A stretch of 64,000 nt of DNA from Camelus dromedarius. Lineage: Eukaryota. The notes under the pieces are model-generated. The model was not told the origin of the DNA and did not search any database. It saw only the letters and a list, made by a program, of their open reading frames with translations. Made by a program: the position numbers and the translations under genes. Below, one piece after another: positions 39,151 to 52,129 of this stretch (position 1 is the first letter of the stretch; every line of letters begins with the position of its first letter). Where the stretch lies: positions 43,154,001 through 43,218,000 of the forward strand of contig NC_087437.1 in assembly GCF_036321535.1 (NCBI RefSeq). The letters are read 5' to 3'.

Positions 39151-41151
39151 AGTGACAATATAAAAAGTATAAGATGACAATATTCTCTATGATTATTATA
39201 CTCTAATTCTCTGATCTTTCATTGGCTATCTGGGAGGATACAACAATATTATAAATGGCTTGTGGCCTTTCACCTTGTTCTAAACCTTGCCCATAGCAAG
39301 TCCTCAAATATTTACTGAATGAATAAAGCATATTTCTCTCCATTTGGTTTATAACTGGTTTAGTTTATCTTGGGAGCCATAGATAGTTTTACCTTCCTTT
39401 ATAAAGTATGTTTGATTTTTAAAACAAACCACAAGTGTTGCACAGTTTGTACTAAAGGACTACTTTATTGCTTTTTTTATTACCTGAAAAATGCAACAAA
39501 AGTTTAAAATTAATAACAGTCAGTAACAGGGAATAGGGATAATAAAAGTTATGTTCCTTGCTTCAGAAGCAACTCACTTTCCATTTCCTTATTAAAAAAA
39601 AAAAGATGAGAAAAGTTTCTGGAGGTTTATCCAGGGAGTATTAAAAAAAAAAAGAGTGAGAGAAAGAAATAAGAAACTTCTAAACTTGAAGCTTAACTTC
39701 TGTACTCAGCATCATTCAGTTGAGAACAGAATTGGGGATTTGCTTGATTTGGACATTTCCCCAACTCCCAGAAGACCCATATCCATATTTAGGAGGAGAA
39801 GGCAACAGTGAAACATTAAGAAGAAAACAGATTAATTAGGGCAGAGCGAATCTGGGTACCATAATTATTTCATGGGAACCTGTCAGTTGGTCAAAGTGAA
39901 AAGCTTAAATGACTGTTCCCAGAAATCTTTAATATATAGGGCTGAATTTCCCCAGGAGAGAAGCATATTTTTCTTTGCAGAACAGTATCTATTTTGTATT
40001 TGTTAATTTTTAAAAAAATTCCATCAACTACATCTTCCACTGCTCATCATTTAAAATAATAGTATCTTGTCAATATCTTCCATTTACGCCTGTCACTGAT
40101 CTGTCTAGTGCTGGAGGTTTATGCTTTTTTAGCATCTTAATTGATCTCCTAGAAATGATATTGACATGGTCCAGGCTCGCCTTTTGCCATCTGCTGGGTA
40201 TTTCCAAATAAATATTCTTACTGAAATTCTCTTTAGCAAAAGCCAGTTTCTAACCTTTCAGCCTAGCTCTTGCCCAGCCCAGTTTATCTCCACAAGGACA
40301 AGAGCATCAACATCTGGCGTGTGCTGCGTGCCGCAGTTCCCAACAAATATGTATCTGACCTCTTTATCCATCACCCAGGGAAGACATTCCAGTACAATGA
40401 CAAATCCTTTCTTGGAAGATTGGTTTATGTTCCTTTTGAGATGAAGGCAGAATTATTCTGATTATTCTGTGCATTTTTGATGTTGCTGAGAAGGAATTCT
40501 TGAACTTATTTACTCTTCCAAGCAAAAAGTGAAGGAAGGTAACGGACAGGTGAGGTTTCCCATAGAGTTGTAAAATAAAGTATATTTGAGTAGGTGAGTC
40601 AGGTCAGATCAGAAAAGTCTTTGCCACTGATCTGAGGTGCTTAGATTCTACCCCCAAAGAACTGGGGAGCCACTGATAGTTTAGTGATTTTGAGAAAATG
40701 TGGAAAAAATATTAAGAAAGTAGTCTCTACTGGTTGGTCTTATTATACAGATGTCTTGAAGCAGGTGTTGCTTTGATGGTGGTTATTACTTAGGCTGGTG
40801 TGAGGTGCTAAGGTTGGGTAAAATCTGAAGTGAGAAAGACAAATAGCTGTGAGAAATGTGTAGTAGAGAAAAATAACTAGAGTTAGTGATGGATGTGAGC
40901 GACAAATGGATGACATGTGGCTAGACTGAGTCCTAAGAAAAACAAACACACAAAAACTTCAGTAGACGCTCTCTTAAAAGCAAGTTTTGGAAAATGGAAA
41001 AATAATGTTTTTACACTGCAGGTCTATTTCATTGATGTACAAGAAGACAGTATACAACAGAGGGGACTGTCTCTGTTATACTCCACTGTCTTTTTGGACC
41101 TTTCTCTTATTTCGCTTAAAGCCATGTGAGCCTCAGAATTAGTTGGGTATC

Positions 41152-41545
41152 TGTAGAGGTTTGAATAGTGTGCCCCTCCAGAATTCACGTCCACCAGAGC
41201 CTCAAACTATGACCTTATTTGAAAATAAGGTCTTTGTAGATGTAGTTAGTTAAGATGAGTCATGCTGGATGAGGGTGGGCTCTGTGTCCAAAGACTGGTG
41301 TCCTTGTAGGACAAGGAGAGGGTACACAGAGATGCACGTGCAGGAGAGAATGCCATGTGAAGGCAGAGACAGACTTTGGAGGGAGGCAGCTACAAGTCAA
41401 GGAACGCCATGCATTGTTGAGAGCCACCAGAAGCTAGGAAGCAGCAAGGGAGAATTCCTCCCTGGGCCCTTCAGAAGGAGAACACAGCAGAGTGAAAGTC
41501 TCCTGTTTCACGCCACCGCATCTGTGGTAATTTGTTATAAGCACT
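41152..41545 (+). mobile_element. MaLR solo LTR (MLT1B/C-like)
   Basis: ttgaatagtgtgcccc...tgaccttatttgaaaataaggtctttgtagatgtagttagttaagatgag...ccaccagaagctagga...tgtggtaatttgtta. Confidence 0.9.
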
Positions 41546-42564
41546 GTACTTAGCTGCTCTGTTCAGATGAGTTCACAGAAATCTGTGTTGGAAGGCTTAT
41601 CATTACATACTTCTTAAAGGAACAAACCAAGGCTGTGAAGGACTTTTGCCCTAGGAATGCGCTGGTAGTAACTGTGAAGCCAGGATCATTAAAATTACAG
41701 TTGGACTCAAGATCCACCAAGCAAATTACCTCTCCTCCATTCCTTTAGCTTTAGAGCGGCTCATAGGAAGCATATTTTAAGGATTAAGGGTCTCTGGAAA
41801 ACACTTTTTGTTGCGTCATCAGAAGCAGGAATGGGTCAAGGGCTCCTACCCCAGATAAGACATCTTATTCCTGTGTTTAGACTCTGTGGGCCTCCGTGGG
41901 TCTCTGAGCCTTCAGGGATGACAACACTTCATTTGTTTCCTCCTCTCTCAATTCTCCAGTCTTTGGTATCTAACAATTCTTATAATCTCTAAATTTTTTT
42001 ACACAAGGACATAAGTTGTGTGGGTGGTTTAAAATACACACACTTCCATAAACTTGGAGTCACAGTGAAGCAATATGCAAAATATTTAAGCTTTTTTAAT
42101 GATTCTTCTTAATTTATCATAATGCCTTTGATAGAATGCAAATCTGCCCTTCAGAGTTTCTGCTGTTTATAGAAGATGTAGAATGGCAAGTGAACGTTTT
42201 TCCTTTTGAAGGAGAAATATCACCGGTATTGAATAGGAAGCTTTAAAAATATATTTTATAGCTGCATTTGTATATATTGAAGGTAAATGCAATTTTTAAA
42301 TTCCCAGGTTGCTCATATTATAAATGTATACATTGTCGGATTCATAAATGGGTGGTTTGATAATCTGAGCATTTAAATTTTGATTTATTGCCAGTTTCCA
42401 TGTTATTGTAAATGCTTCTGAAGTCTCATTTTTAATTGCATGTCTTTCTGTTTCAAACATTTCATTTATGGGACTTAGATTTTCCTAGTGGGGCTGGTTG
42501 GCAAATTCACTTCTGTTTGCCATCTACTCTGAATTGTGTTTACTGCTGGAAAAACACATTGATT

Positions 42565-42655
42565 CAAAGTACAGTCAACAGTTATTTATTGAGTGCCTAC
42601 TATTGGCCAGACACTATTGTAGACACTGAAAATACAACATTGAAAAGGAGAGTAA
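42565..42655 (-). mobile_element. L2 LINE 3' end fragment
   Basis: caacagttatttattgagtgcctactattggccagacactattgtag. Confidence 0.75.
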
Positions 42656-42832
42656 AATATGTGTATATGTTTACATGTATGTATGCGTAAGAGAGAATTT
42701 TATCAATTCTCTGAGAATACTACGCCAAAAAAGAGACAGTAAAAACAAAATTGTTTTGGGAAATATCTTGTACATAGTATCAGTGACTTTGGATTCAAAC
42801 TGCCATGCCTCATGCTTCGATTATCTAATAAA

Positions 42833-43161
42833 GTGCAGTCCCAAAGAAATAGAATATAAGTTACAAAGTTTACCACATGTAATTTTAAATTTTCTAGCAA
42901 CGATGCTTTAAAAAAGTGAAGACAAATTGGTGAAATAAATAGTACCTATATCTTATTTAACCTAATATATCCAAATATTATTTCAATAAGTAATCAATGT
43001 AAAAATTATTAATGAGATCATACATTCTTTTTTTTTTTTTTTTTTTTTTGTATCCAGCACTGAATGGATATTTCACACAAACAATACACGTCAATTTGGA
43101 CTAACCATCATTCGGGTGCTCAGAGCCACATGTGGCTAGCGGTTGCTGTATGAGACAGTGC
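42833..43161. mobile_element. MER33 (hAT-Charlie) with an expanded internal poly(T)
   Basis: atgtaattttaaattttctag, tttaacctaatatatccaaa, aattattaatgagat, agccacatgtggctag; T22 at 43028-43049. Confidence 0.9.
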
Positions 43162-43969
43162 CTATCTAATGCCTTGATTTTTTTCCTTGCCTTTTTCATT
43201 TAAAATGGGGACATCATAGCTTTCTTTTTCCCTCTTGTTCAACATTCTACCAGTGGAAAGATGGGGGGAAAAAAGCAAGGATTTACACTCAATTAGTTTC
43301 TCAAGTATTCTAATAGATAAAGTATAGGATTTATTAAAAGGACATTTTAAATATATAAAGTTAAAAGTGTTCATAGCTTGCTTATAAGAAGATCAAATTT
43401 GGATATCGGAAGTAGATTAATAAAACCTCTGAAATATTCTTTTTGAAAATAATTCAGCAATTGATATCTTCTAAGTTTAGAAATTTAAAGACATTTGGAA
43501 AAGACTTCGGAGAAGCCATGATGTGAGCCTTGAGAGACCCTTGGCCAGCGCCAAGGGATTGATTGTTCTTTCTCTTGGAGCAGCTCCGCGGAGGAATTTT
43601 ACCATATAACCAACTGTGACTGTTTTCTTTCCAGTATCTACCACACTGAGTCTCAGATGATAATTTTTCTTTTGCTCTGGCAAAATTCAGTATTATTTTA
43701 TGCATAGTTTAGATTGTGTTATTACTAGACAGCTTTAAGAAGAAATAGATTATTTGCAATTCTTGGTTTCATTTTATTCTTGATGAGTTTATGGTCCTGA
43801 TGAATTTATGTGTTTGTTAATTTAATTTGACAATGGAACCTAGCACTGGAATCTGGAGAATGAAAAGAGAAATGGAGTTACTTTGTAATTTTGATTCTAA
43901 TATTTTGTAAAATCATTTAAATACAAAATAGACTATGTTCAATTTTAAGTTTTTACTTCAGAGATGCAC

Positions 43970-44160
43970 AAATGGTATGAAAACTGTATGGGCTTTGGAT
44001 CCTGGGCCCCATTAGGATTATGAGTCTCCTCATTGTAAAATGGGAGCAATACTGCCTCCACCGCAGAACTGTTGAGAGGGTTAAATGAAATAAATATGTC
44101 ATCTATAACTTTGTGAGAGTGTTACAGCATGTGTGAGTATTAGTAAAGGTTAGCTACCCT
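43970..44160 (+). mobile_element. MIR SINE
   Basis: ctcctcattgtaaaatgggagcaatac...gttgagagggttaaatgaaataa. Confidence 0.75.
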
Positions 44161-45891
44161 TTCTTCCTTACCCCAAACCCAGCTTATTTTTTTGTTAAAA
44201 AAAAAAAAAAGTTCTTTCTTCAATCTGAATGATAGCTGGTGAAACATTTTTTTTCTTCTAAAGGAAACTGATAAAAATTAAGATATAATAAACTTGGGTT
44301 AAAGGAATAAATGCATCAAGAACAAAATTCTGCTCCTATGATTTACGTAGGAGTATAAATGTTTAATGAAAAGTGCAAAATAACATGTGTTTAGGTTCTT
44401 GCATCATGACTGATTGAAGTAGTCAAAATATCAAAAATAAAAATTTTAAAGGAAAATACTGCTTTTTTTCCAACAGATAAATCAAAAGACAAAATCATTT
44501 AAGAATTTACTCAATAAAAATCATAAAATAATTATTATAGTTTTAGAATAGCTAATGTGTATATTTTCCAAGAGAAGTACAGACTGAATTATTATTTATA
44601 TTTATTCTAATACACACCTCCAGTTTGTCAGTGGTGAGGACAGTATTTTAAGCTAGTTAAGATAAAATATTGTCTGTCATTTAAATTGCTTTAAACCCTC
44701 TTCACTAGGACCCTAAATGCCCCAGTAGGACATCTCAGCATAACTAGATGTTTCGCGTCTTTTAATTACTATGACTAATTTTTTACAGCTCAGTTACAAA
44801 CCCTTGAAAATAATGAATATGGTGACACAATCTTAATTATAATGGTGCAAATAGCACCACTCTAATACAGTGTGAGGCTTACATTGAAAAGGAATTTCCC
44901 CGGAACTGAAGCTCCTCTGATTGCTTTCCACATCACGTTTTAAACAAACACTGTGGTGCTTTAGCCGTTACTTGGTTGCCTAGGATACACCGTTAATGTA
45001 GCCCTAAGATGCTGCAACCAGTCAGGCTTTGAGGCCATGCCTGGCAGTGCTGCACATAGCTGCTATGTTAATAAATTAGAGAAATTAACAGAGACACTTC
45101 GGGGGAGGTACATGTTGATTAATGAAATAACCAACTGTTATCTTTTGAGTAGTTACATTGAAAATAGTTATTTTTATTTTATTTTATTTTAATTTTCTAT
45201 GAGAGAGACTAAAAGTGACTGTTTTTAAAACAAATGCAAAACTGATTCAGTAACCTAATTCTCAGGCCATTCTCCAAGAATATAATTTTTGTTGTTGTTA
45301 CTGAAGTACTGAAAAAGGTAGCTAGCTAATCACAGGGAGTCTTTTGTATAAGCTTCTTCATTTGATAGCTTCTTTTGTTGTTATATTTTTATTTAGTCTG
45401 TGTGATAAAAGCATAACACAGTTAATTTTTATTAAGATGTTGGAAGGTTCATATATTATAATAAAAATTTTAGTACAATAAAAATAAACATTAGCAAGAC
45501 AATGTAACCAAGTCACTAACGAAAATATTGATAATAAATCACAGAAATGTACATAAATTTCAACATTATGTGTATAGGTTACTATATCTTTTACATTAAC
45601 CAGTTATCTTTCACTTCCTGTAATAGTAATTTTAGCTTCACCAACAGTAATTAGTAATTTAGTTTCACTAACACTAGTAATTTTTAATGTTTTATCAAAA
45701 GTTGGTTTGTGTTTAATAAATGTGAGCTGGAAATACAAAGCTAGCTTTAAATCTTAGCTAAACTTTGGGCTGTCTGATTTTAAACGTCAGTAGTGGTCTT
45801 GCCTTACTCCTATGAAAAATTGAATTGTCTTCTTGACTGATTTGAATGCAAATCAAATTGGAATTGTTGAGTGGGAAAATCCAGTGCTGAA

Positions 45892-45906
45892 CCAGCAGGT
45901 GGTGCT
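45892..45906 (+). promoter_or_regulatory. CTCF core motif
   Basis: CCAGCAGGTGGTGCT fits the CTCF consensus CCRSYAGRKGGYRC. Confidence 0.55.
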
Positions 45907-46411
45907 TGAGTTATAAGTGCATTTAGAATAGAGATTAAAAAAAATAATCGTTTAAAACCTTCAGGAATGGTTACTTTTGTTTCCATTTAGTCTATGGAGA
46001 TCATTACATTAGAGGAGAAAGTATTATTTAGGGCTTCCAAATTATCACTGGAATTGATAAACTTAACTTCTTTCCATTTTCTCCCTCCTTCCCTCCCTTC
46101 TTTTCTCTAATCTTTGTTTCCTGTTCTATGGTGGCTTTCAGCAGCTACTGTCAGGGAGGAAGGATGAACTCTTTTCTCCAAAGCTGAGCACCTGGGTGGT
46201 GGGAGTGGTAACATGCTCTTTCCACAGGCAGGTGCACAGGGAGACAGATTTCAGGCATGTTGCCTGCACGTGCATCACTTTCTTATCTGAGAGGGATTCA
46301 AGGAGTTTCCTAACTTCACCTTGAAATCTTGTTGTATGTTTATGGCTCCCCTTTCCAAGTTCATTCTTCCGTACCTGCTGTCTGTTTTTGCCTGTGGTTA
46401 TTAGCATGCAG

Positions 46412-46474
46412 AGTCCTTTATTGTGACTTCACTTTCTTAAGTCCTCTATTGTGACTTCACTTTCTTAAGTCCTC
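46412..46474. repeat. 28-bp tandem duplication (2.25 copies)
   Basis: agtcct[t/c]tattgtgacttcactttctta twice plus agtcctc; one mismatch. Confidence 0.95.
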
Positions 46475-49074
46475 AAAACACATACAGTTATGAAAGGTAA
46501 CAAAGTTATGTCTTTTCAAATTTGTTACAAGTAGGAGGGATGGTGTTTATGTATTAAATTCTTCAGAAGATAGTTGCCCCTTTGACCATATTCAACAAAA
46601 AATCAAAAATCATTGCTTTCGGATAGATTGTGCACTTTTTAATTAGAAGAACTAACTCTAGTGAATGGTACCATAGTACCTAAATAACAAAGGGCGCTAT
46701 ACTGCTGGTTACCTGGTATGTCTTTCCATGAGTGCATCAAGTATACTTTACTATTACATTTTAATTATTAAATATTGAATCTAAAGAAAGTCTTAGATGC
46801 TCACTATTTCTACAGAAATAACCAGAGAGCAGTTTATAATTGCATTTTTAACTTTAGAGAATCCCATTATTAGTTGTTTTTATTAAGTAATATTTTGTTT
46901 TGTAGTATGGATCATTTTAAGGTGTTAGAGTCTAATTTATTTGGACCATCAGATTTCTGATGCTTTAGCTTAGGTAATAACTAATATATATTCCTAAAGT
47001 AACAGATGTGCGGTTTCTCCAACTATTATGCATTATATCAGATAATAATTAAATTATGTGGATAGTTCACTTATTTTAATAAGCAATTTGAATAGATCGT
47101 ATTTTTTCCTCTCAAAAAAGAAAAGCCTCCTTTCTCCTCTTTTTTTTTCTGTAGGAATTTTTCCTGCCAGAGTTAATATCTTCAACCAATTATTATAATG
47201 ATTTCTTCTTGAACTCTGATTCAAAGTGCTCAGACCAGCTGGTATTCGCAGTGGCAGAGTAAAGCAAACAAAATAATGGACCTTCCTTCTGTATGATTAG
47301 CATGACATCACACATCCTTTTCTGCAAAAAAATTTTCTTTGCCCTCTAAGAATTAAATTTAATACACTGTTTGTCAGTTATAGATCAGACTATGCAAATA
47401 GAGGTCTGCTAGGTCTCTGATGACAGAAATGAACTTCATTTGGCCTGCATGAGCTCTGTTGGTTTGTGTAGCATATTAATATTCCAGTTTCCAGGTACTT
47501 ATGGTTAAGAGTTGACATAAGATGTAAAATGTATGGATGATTCACTCAAATTCCAACTCCTATTGAAAAAAAGCAATAACAGAAATCCAAGGTCCTAACA
47601 ATCTTGGTCCAGGGAGTGAGTATTTTGTTGTTTTTATACATGGGAGCTTATTTTCATGTCCTTTCTCCCTGTGGTTCTTGCACATCAGAACCAGTGACAC
47701 AAATTTCTTCTTTCCTGGTTCGTCTTTGGCTACTTGATTTTGCTGCAGAGCTAGAGAAAAAGAATATAAAATACTAATGAAACAATTCTAGCTTACACTC
47801 TGAGTACTGCAAATCAAACTTGAAGAATTAGGAAAAAGACCCTCTTATGGGTTTATAGGGACTAAAATTTCTTATCAGTTCATGAATTATATTTAACTTT
47901 TCATTCTTCTGCCACATAGAAAGCTTGCTGTCAGCTGGCTGATTCTTTGCACACCAGGCCAACTTTTCTGTCTCAAATCTGCATAGAGATATGTTTTGAG
48001 AGAAGCAGAGTCCCTTTGGGGATGAAATTTGCTTTTGCTATTTTTGTTATTCCTTTTTCACAGGAGGCTGTATAATAATTTTCTGCTCTAGGGTCTTGAA
48101 ATAACATTAAAGATTGACAATTCGGTTAGGCTCGTCACTCTCAGGGCCAGAGTTGACTCATATTGCACAGGGGAATGGTGAAGTCCACATGACTCTTTAA
48201 AAAATACCTTTTATATATAAATATTATTTTTCCAATTACAAATGGCATTTCAAAATGCTTTCTTGTGTTGTGTGTCATTCAGATACATTATATGTATAAT
48301 ATATATTTATATGTATTTGCTTTGCATACCCCTACTCTCCCTTAGGGTGATTTTGGTCTTTGGAGGAGCTCTTAGAAACTTCTTTCTCAGGCAGACACCA
48401 AGCAGATGGGAGCACAGAAAAACTGGAAGACTTCATGTTTGGAAGACAGGCACAGACTGAAGGAAGTGGATGCCCTAGGTTAGAGATAAGGTACTAAGAT
48501 TGTGGAAACAGAGTGAAAATGAACTCAGCTTGATTCAGTTTTAGGCTTTATATTCACTACTTAATACAATGCCTGAAAATGAGAATGCTTTTTACCTACC
48601 TTACTTACTTCTTTCCCTCTCCTTCTCGTCCATGGAAGTGAAATTGCTTATTAATTTCTGTGGATGAAGAAGGAGGAAATTTGTCCAGTGCCCCACCCTC
48701 CTTTCCTGCAAAGCCCTGCAAATGTGATTACTGGGCTTAGAAAAAGCATATAGGTTCATTACGTGTATTTTGTATGCAACATGCTGGGAAGCAAAACATT
48801 CGAGGGACAATTTACAGACAAGTATGCAGAACCAGTATCAAAGGAATGGAGAAGAAATGCAAACACAGAAAGTGACCAGAACGTAGCTATGAGATGTGTT
48901 TAAGCCTTCTCCCTGTTGTTTATATTTCTGAACAAAAATGTTTCGTTTGTCACTCCCCCTGTTTAGAAGGCAGACTTAGGATCTTGCAGAAGATTTCAAT
49001 GTGAGAAAGGAGTCATTAGAGTAAACAAAATGAGTTTTTACTTGAAAATACACGTATCTATACAAGTTCCTTTT

Positions 49075-50400
49075 TCCCATTCATTTTCTTTATGGTATTC
49101 TTTGCAACACAAAAATTTTTAATTTTAATTTTGGTGGAATCCAATGTATACATTTTGTCCTTTGACGCTTGGGCTTGTGGTGTCACATCTGAAAAGGCTT
49201 CGCCTAGCCCAAGGTTGCAAAGATTTACTCCTGTATTTTTTCTAAGTGTTTCATAGGCTTTGCTCTTTAAGTCTATGATCCATTTGAGTTAACTTTGTGT
49301 ATGTGGTATGAGGGGAGAGTCCAACTTCATTCTTTTACATGTGGATACCCAGTTGACCCAGTACCATTTGTTGAAAAAGCTACTCTTTCCCCATTGAGGT
49401 GACTTGGAATCCTTGTCAAAATTTAGTTCCTGCAAATGTGAGGGTTTATTTCTGCACTCTTAATTCTATTCCATTGATCTGTTTTTCTATTCTTACATCA
49501 ATACTACACAATATTCCTTGGTAGGTAGTTTTGAAACTGGGAATTCTGAGTTCTCCAACTTTGTCCTTTTTCAAGATCATTTTGGCCTTTTTGGGTTCCT
49601 CAAATTTCCACATACATTTTCGGACCAGCTTGTCAATTTTTGCCATGCAATCAACTGCAGTTTTGATAAGAGTTGTGTTGAATCTGTAGATCAATTTGGA
49701 AATTACTGCAATCTTAACATTAAGTATTCTGACCCATGGACATGGGATGTCCTACCTTTATTTAGCTCCCCTTTCATTTCTTTCAATAGTGTTTTGCAGG
49801 TTTCAGAGTATAAGTTTTGCACATTTTTGTTAAATTTATTCCTAAATATTTTATAATTATTTTTATACTATTATGAACAAATTGTCTAAATTCACTATCA
49901 GATTATTCACTGCTAGTGTATAAAATAGAATTTATTTTTATATTGATCTTACTGAATGCAGAATTACTGAACTCATACTGAACTCATATCACATGCAAAT
50001 AGATTTTTTTACTTCTTCTTTTCTAATATGGTGTCTTTCATTTCAATATCTTGCCTAGTTGCCATGGCAGAAATCTCCAGTTCAATGTTGAATAGAAGAA
50101 TCAAAAGCATTCAGTATTTCACCATAAAAGGGTAAAATTAGCTCTGGGTGTTTTGTAGATGTCCTGTATCAGGTTGAAGATGTTCCTTTCTATTTCTGGT
50201 TTATTTAGTGTTTTTCTCATGAAGAGCTTTAAGGTTTTTTGAAAAGCATTTTCTGTATATATGGAAGTAATCAGGTGATTTTTGTTCTTTATTCTGTTGG
50301 CATGGTATAGTAAAACCAGCCTCAGATTCTTGGGATAAATCCTACTCAGTCATGGCAGATGATCCTTTCATCTGTTCCTGGGTCTAATTTGCTAGTGCTT
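49075..50400 (-). mobile_element. L1 LINE (L1M) ORF2 3' region, degenerate
   Basis: ORF 49446..49694(-) IYRFNTTLIK...AKMILKKDKVGELRIPSFK aligns with L1 ORF2 IYRFNAIPIK...[20 protein letters not shown]; typical antisense L1 DNA (ccatttgttgaaaa, gtcagatt-type tracts). Confidence 0.95.
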
Positions 50401-52106
50401 AGTTTAGAAGCATCCTCACTTTTACAATGCGAAGCATTCGTGGAAACAGGCTGAAAGACAGATACAGACTGTGCACCCACCTTTGCCTCATTTTTGTTCA
50501 ACGTATTTGGCATCAGCAGCAAAAATGAGAGATACAGATGAAAGTATTTGGTATTTTTAATGTATTTGTACATTAGTGACATGACTAAAGAAACACACAA
50601 AATAGTAAAATAATGCCAATCTTAACCATCAGTCTCTAGCCAGGAAAAACATTTTGAATCTGAAACTAGGTGTCCCAGAAAGAAGATGTTCCTGCCTCCA
50701 TTGAGAGGCAAGGGAAAAATGTAGCTCTGTACCTATATGTCATCTACCTAGCTTATCTATTTATTTATCATATCTTTATCTAATCATCCTCTCACAAACA
50801 TTAAGAAATATCTGTCGAGGAATCTCATTTTTTAGGGGTTTCGCCTTTGTTTGGTAGGCAGTTGAGAACCGTTGCTATCTTTTGATGGAGGGTATTCTAT
50901 AATAGAGGTTGCAAAATTTGGTTGGATGAAAAACACATGTATCTGTAAAGATTTTAACCTACACAAAAGACTACCTACTAAAAGTCCAGGCTCAACAACT
51001 AGCCCGGTAGATCTGCTGGAAAACAAAGAGAAACGTTGTTTATCTTGTCAATGTAAGGGGTTTGCTTATATTAATTCACAATTTAATAGCAAGCTAAGCC
51101 ATAGGGAGCTGCTATCATGATGAAAAACACCACTGGGGTCCTCCGGAAAAGGTACTTCTAATGTAAAAGACCTCAGGGAAAGGTTTCTGGGGAATCCATA
51201 ATTAAATGTCACATCACGGCAAGGGCAGAGAAAAAAAATGATTCTACTTGGAAAATGATAAAATATGAATGTCTGGTCCAAATATTTTTATACCTTATGA
51301 AAAAGGCTGACTCTACCTAGACCTCTGGACTTCCAATCAAGCAGCGTCAGTGAATAAAGTATCTGTTAACAAAAGAAAGATAGTGAACACACTTGAGCAT
51401 CGTTTATCTTAATAATGCTGATAAAAATTACTAGATTCTGGATGGGATTTCTTTCATTCTGGATTGATGATCACGAGAAAAATGAACAGATTATATACAA
51501 CAGTGATTTGTTTCCTAACAGACAGTTTAAAATATATTAAGGATGAAATCATCTTAGTTGCTTTCCTCACTTTCTCTAATTTAGTTTGTTTACTAAAAAA
51601 AAAACAAAACCTCATTTATTTTTGGTTGTGTAGTCTGAGAAAAGAGTATTGCGGTTCAAAAAGAGTTCATTTCTCCAGATGGGTCAGACTCACTGGGATA
51701 AACATATACATCAGGAAGGCAGGTGAATTAACACTCAGTACTACCCCTAGGGACCGCCGTAGAAGCCAAACAATTAAAATTACTGGGCATCAACTGGACT
51801 AAGTAGTTGGAATGACTTCAGTGATTTGGGGCTATTCTGGTTTAATCCTACAGTAGGGGTCATTGAAAACTTCTGTTCTTTAAAAAAGTGGATTCCCCCT
51901 TTCATGACCTTCTTAGGGAAATTTAACAGTTAAAGAATGGACCATCTTTTGGCATATGGTACAGAATGAATATGGCTCATTAGGAAAAGTCAGATATAAA
52001 ACCAATATGAAACCAATATCCTGGCCACAGCTTCTCTGTAACCCCTCACCCAGCTCCCTTTTCCCAAGAAATGCTGACAGGAAAGAGAAGAAATGTGTTA
52101 TATGCC

Positions 52107-52129
52107 AAAAAAAAAAAAAAAAAAAAAAA
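52107..52129 (+). repeat. Poly(A) tract (A23)
   Basis: Read directly. Confidence 0.95.

Noticed and set aside
41269..41553. 94-aa ORF
   Set aside because: Lies inside the MLT1 LTR
48603..48708. Minus-strand 97-nt exon candidate with GTAAGT donor
   Set aside because: Poor polypyrimidine tract and an unrecognised peptide
49446..49856. ORFs of 82 aa (-) and 112 aa (+)
   Set aside because: Degenerate L1 ORF2 and its antisense frame, not a host gene
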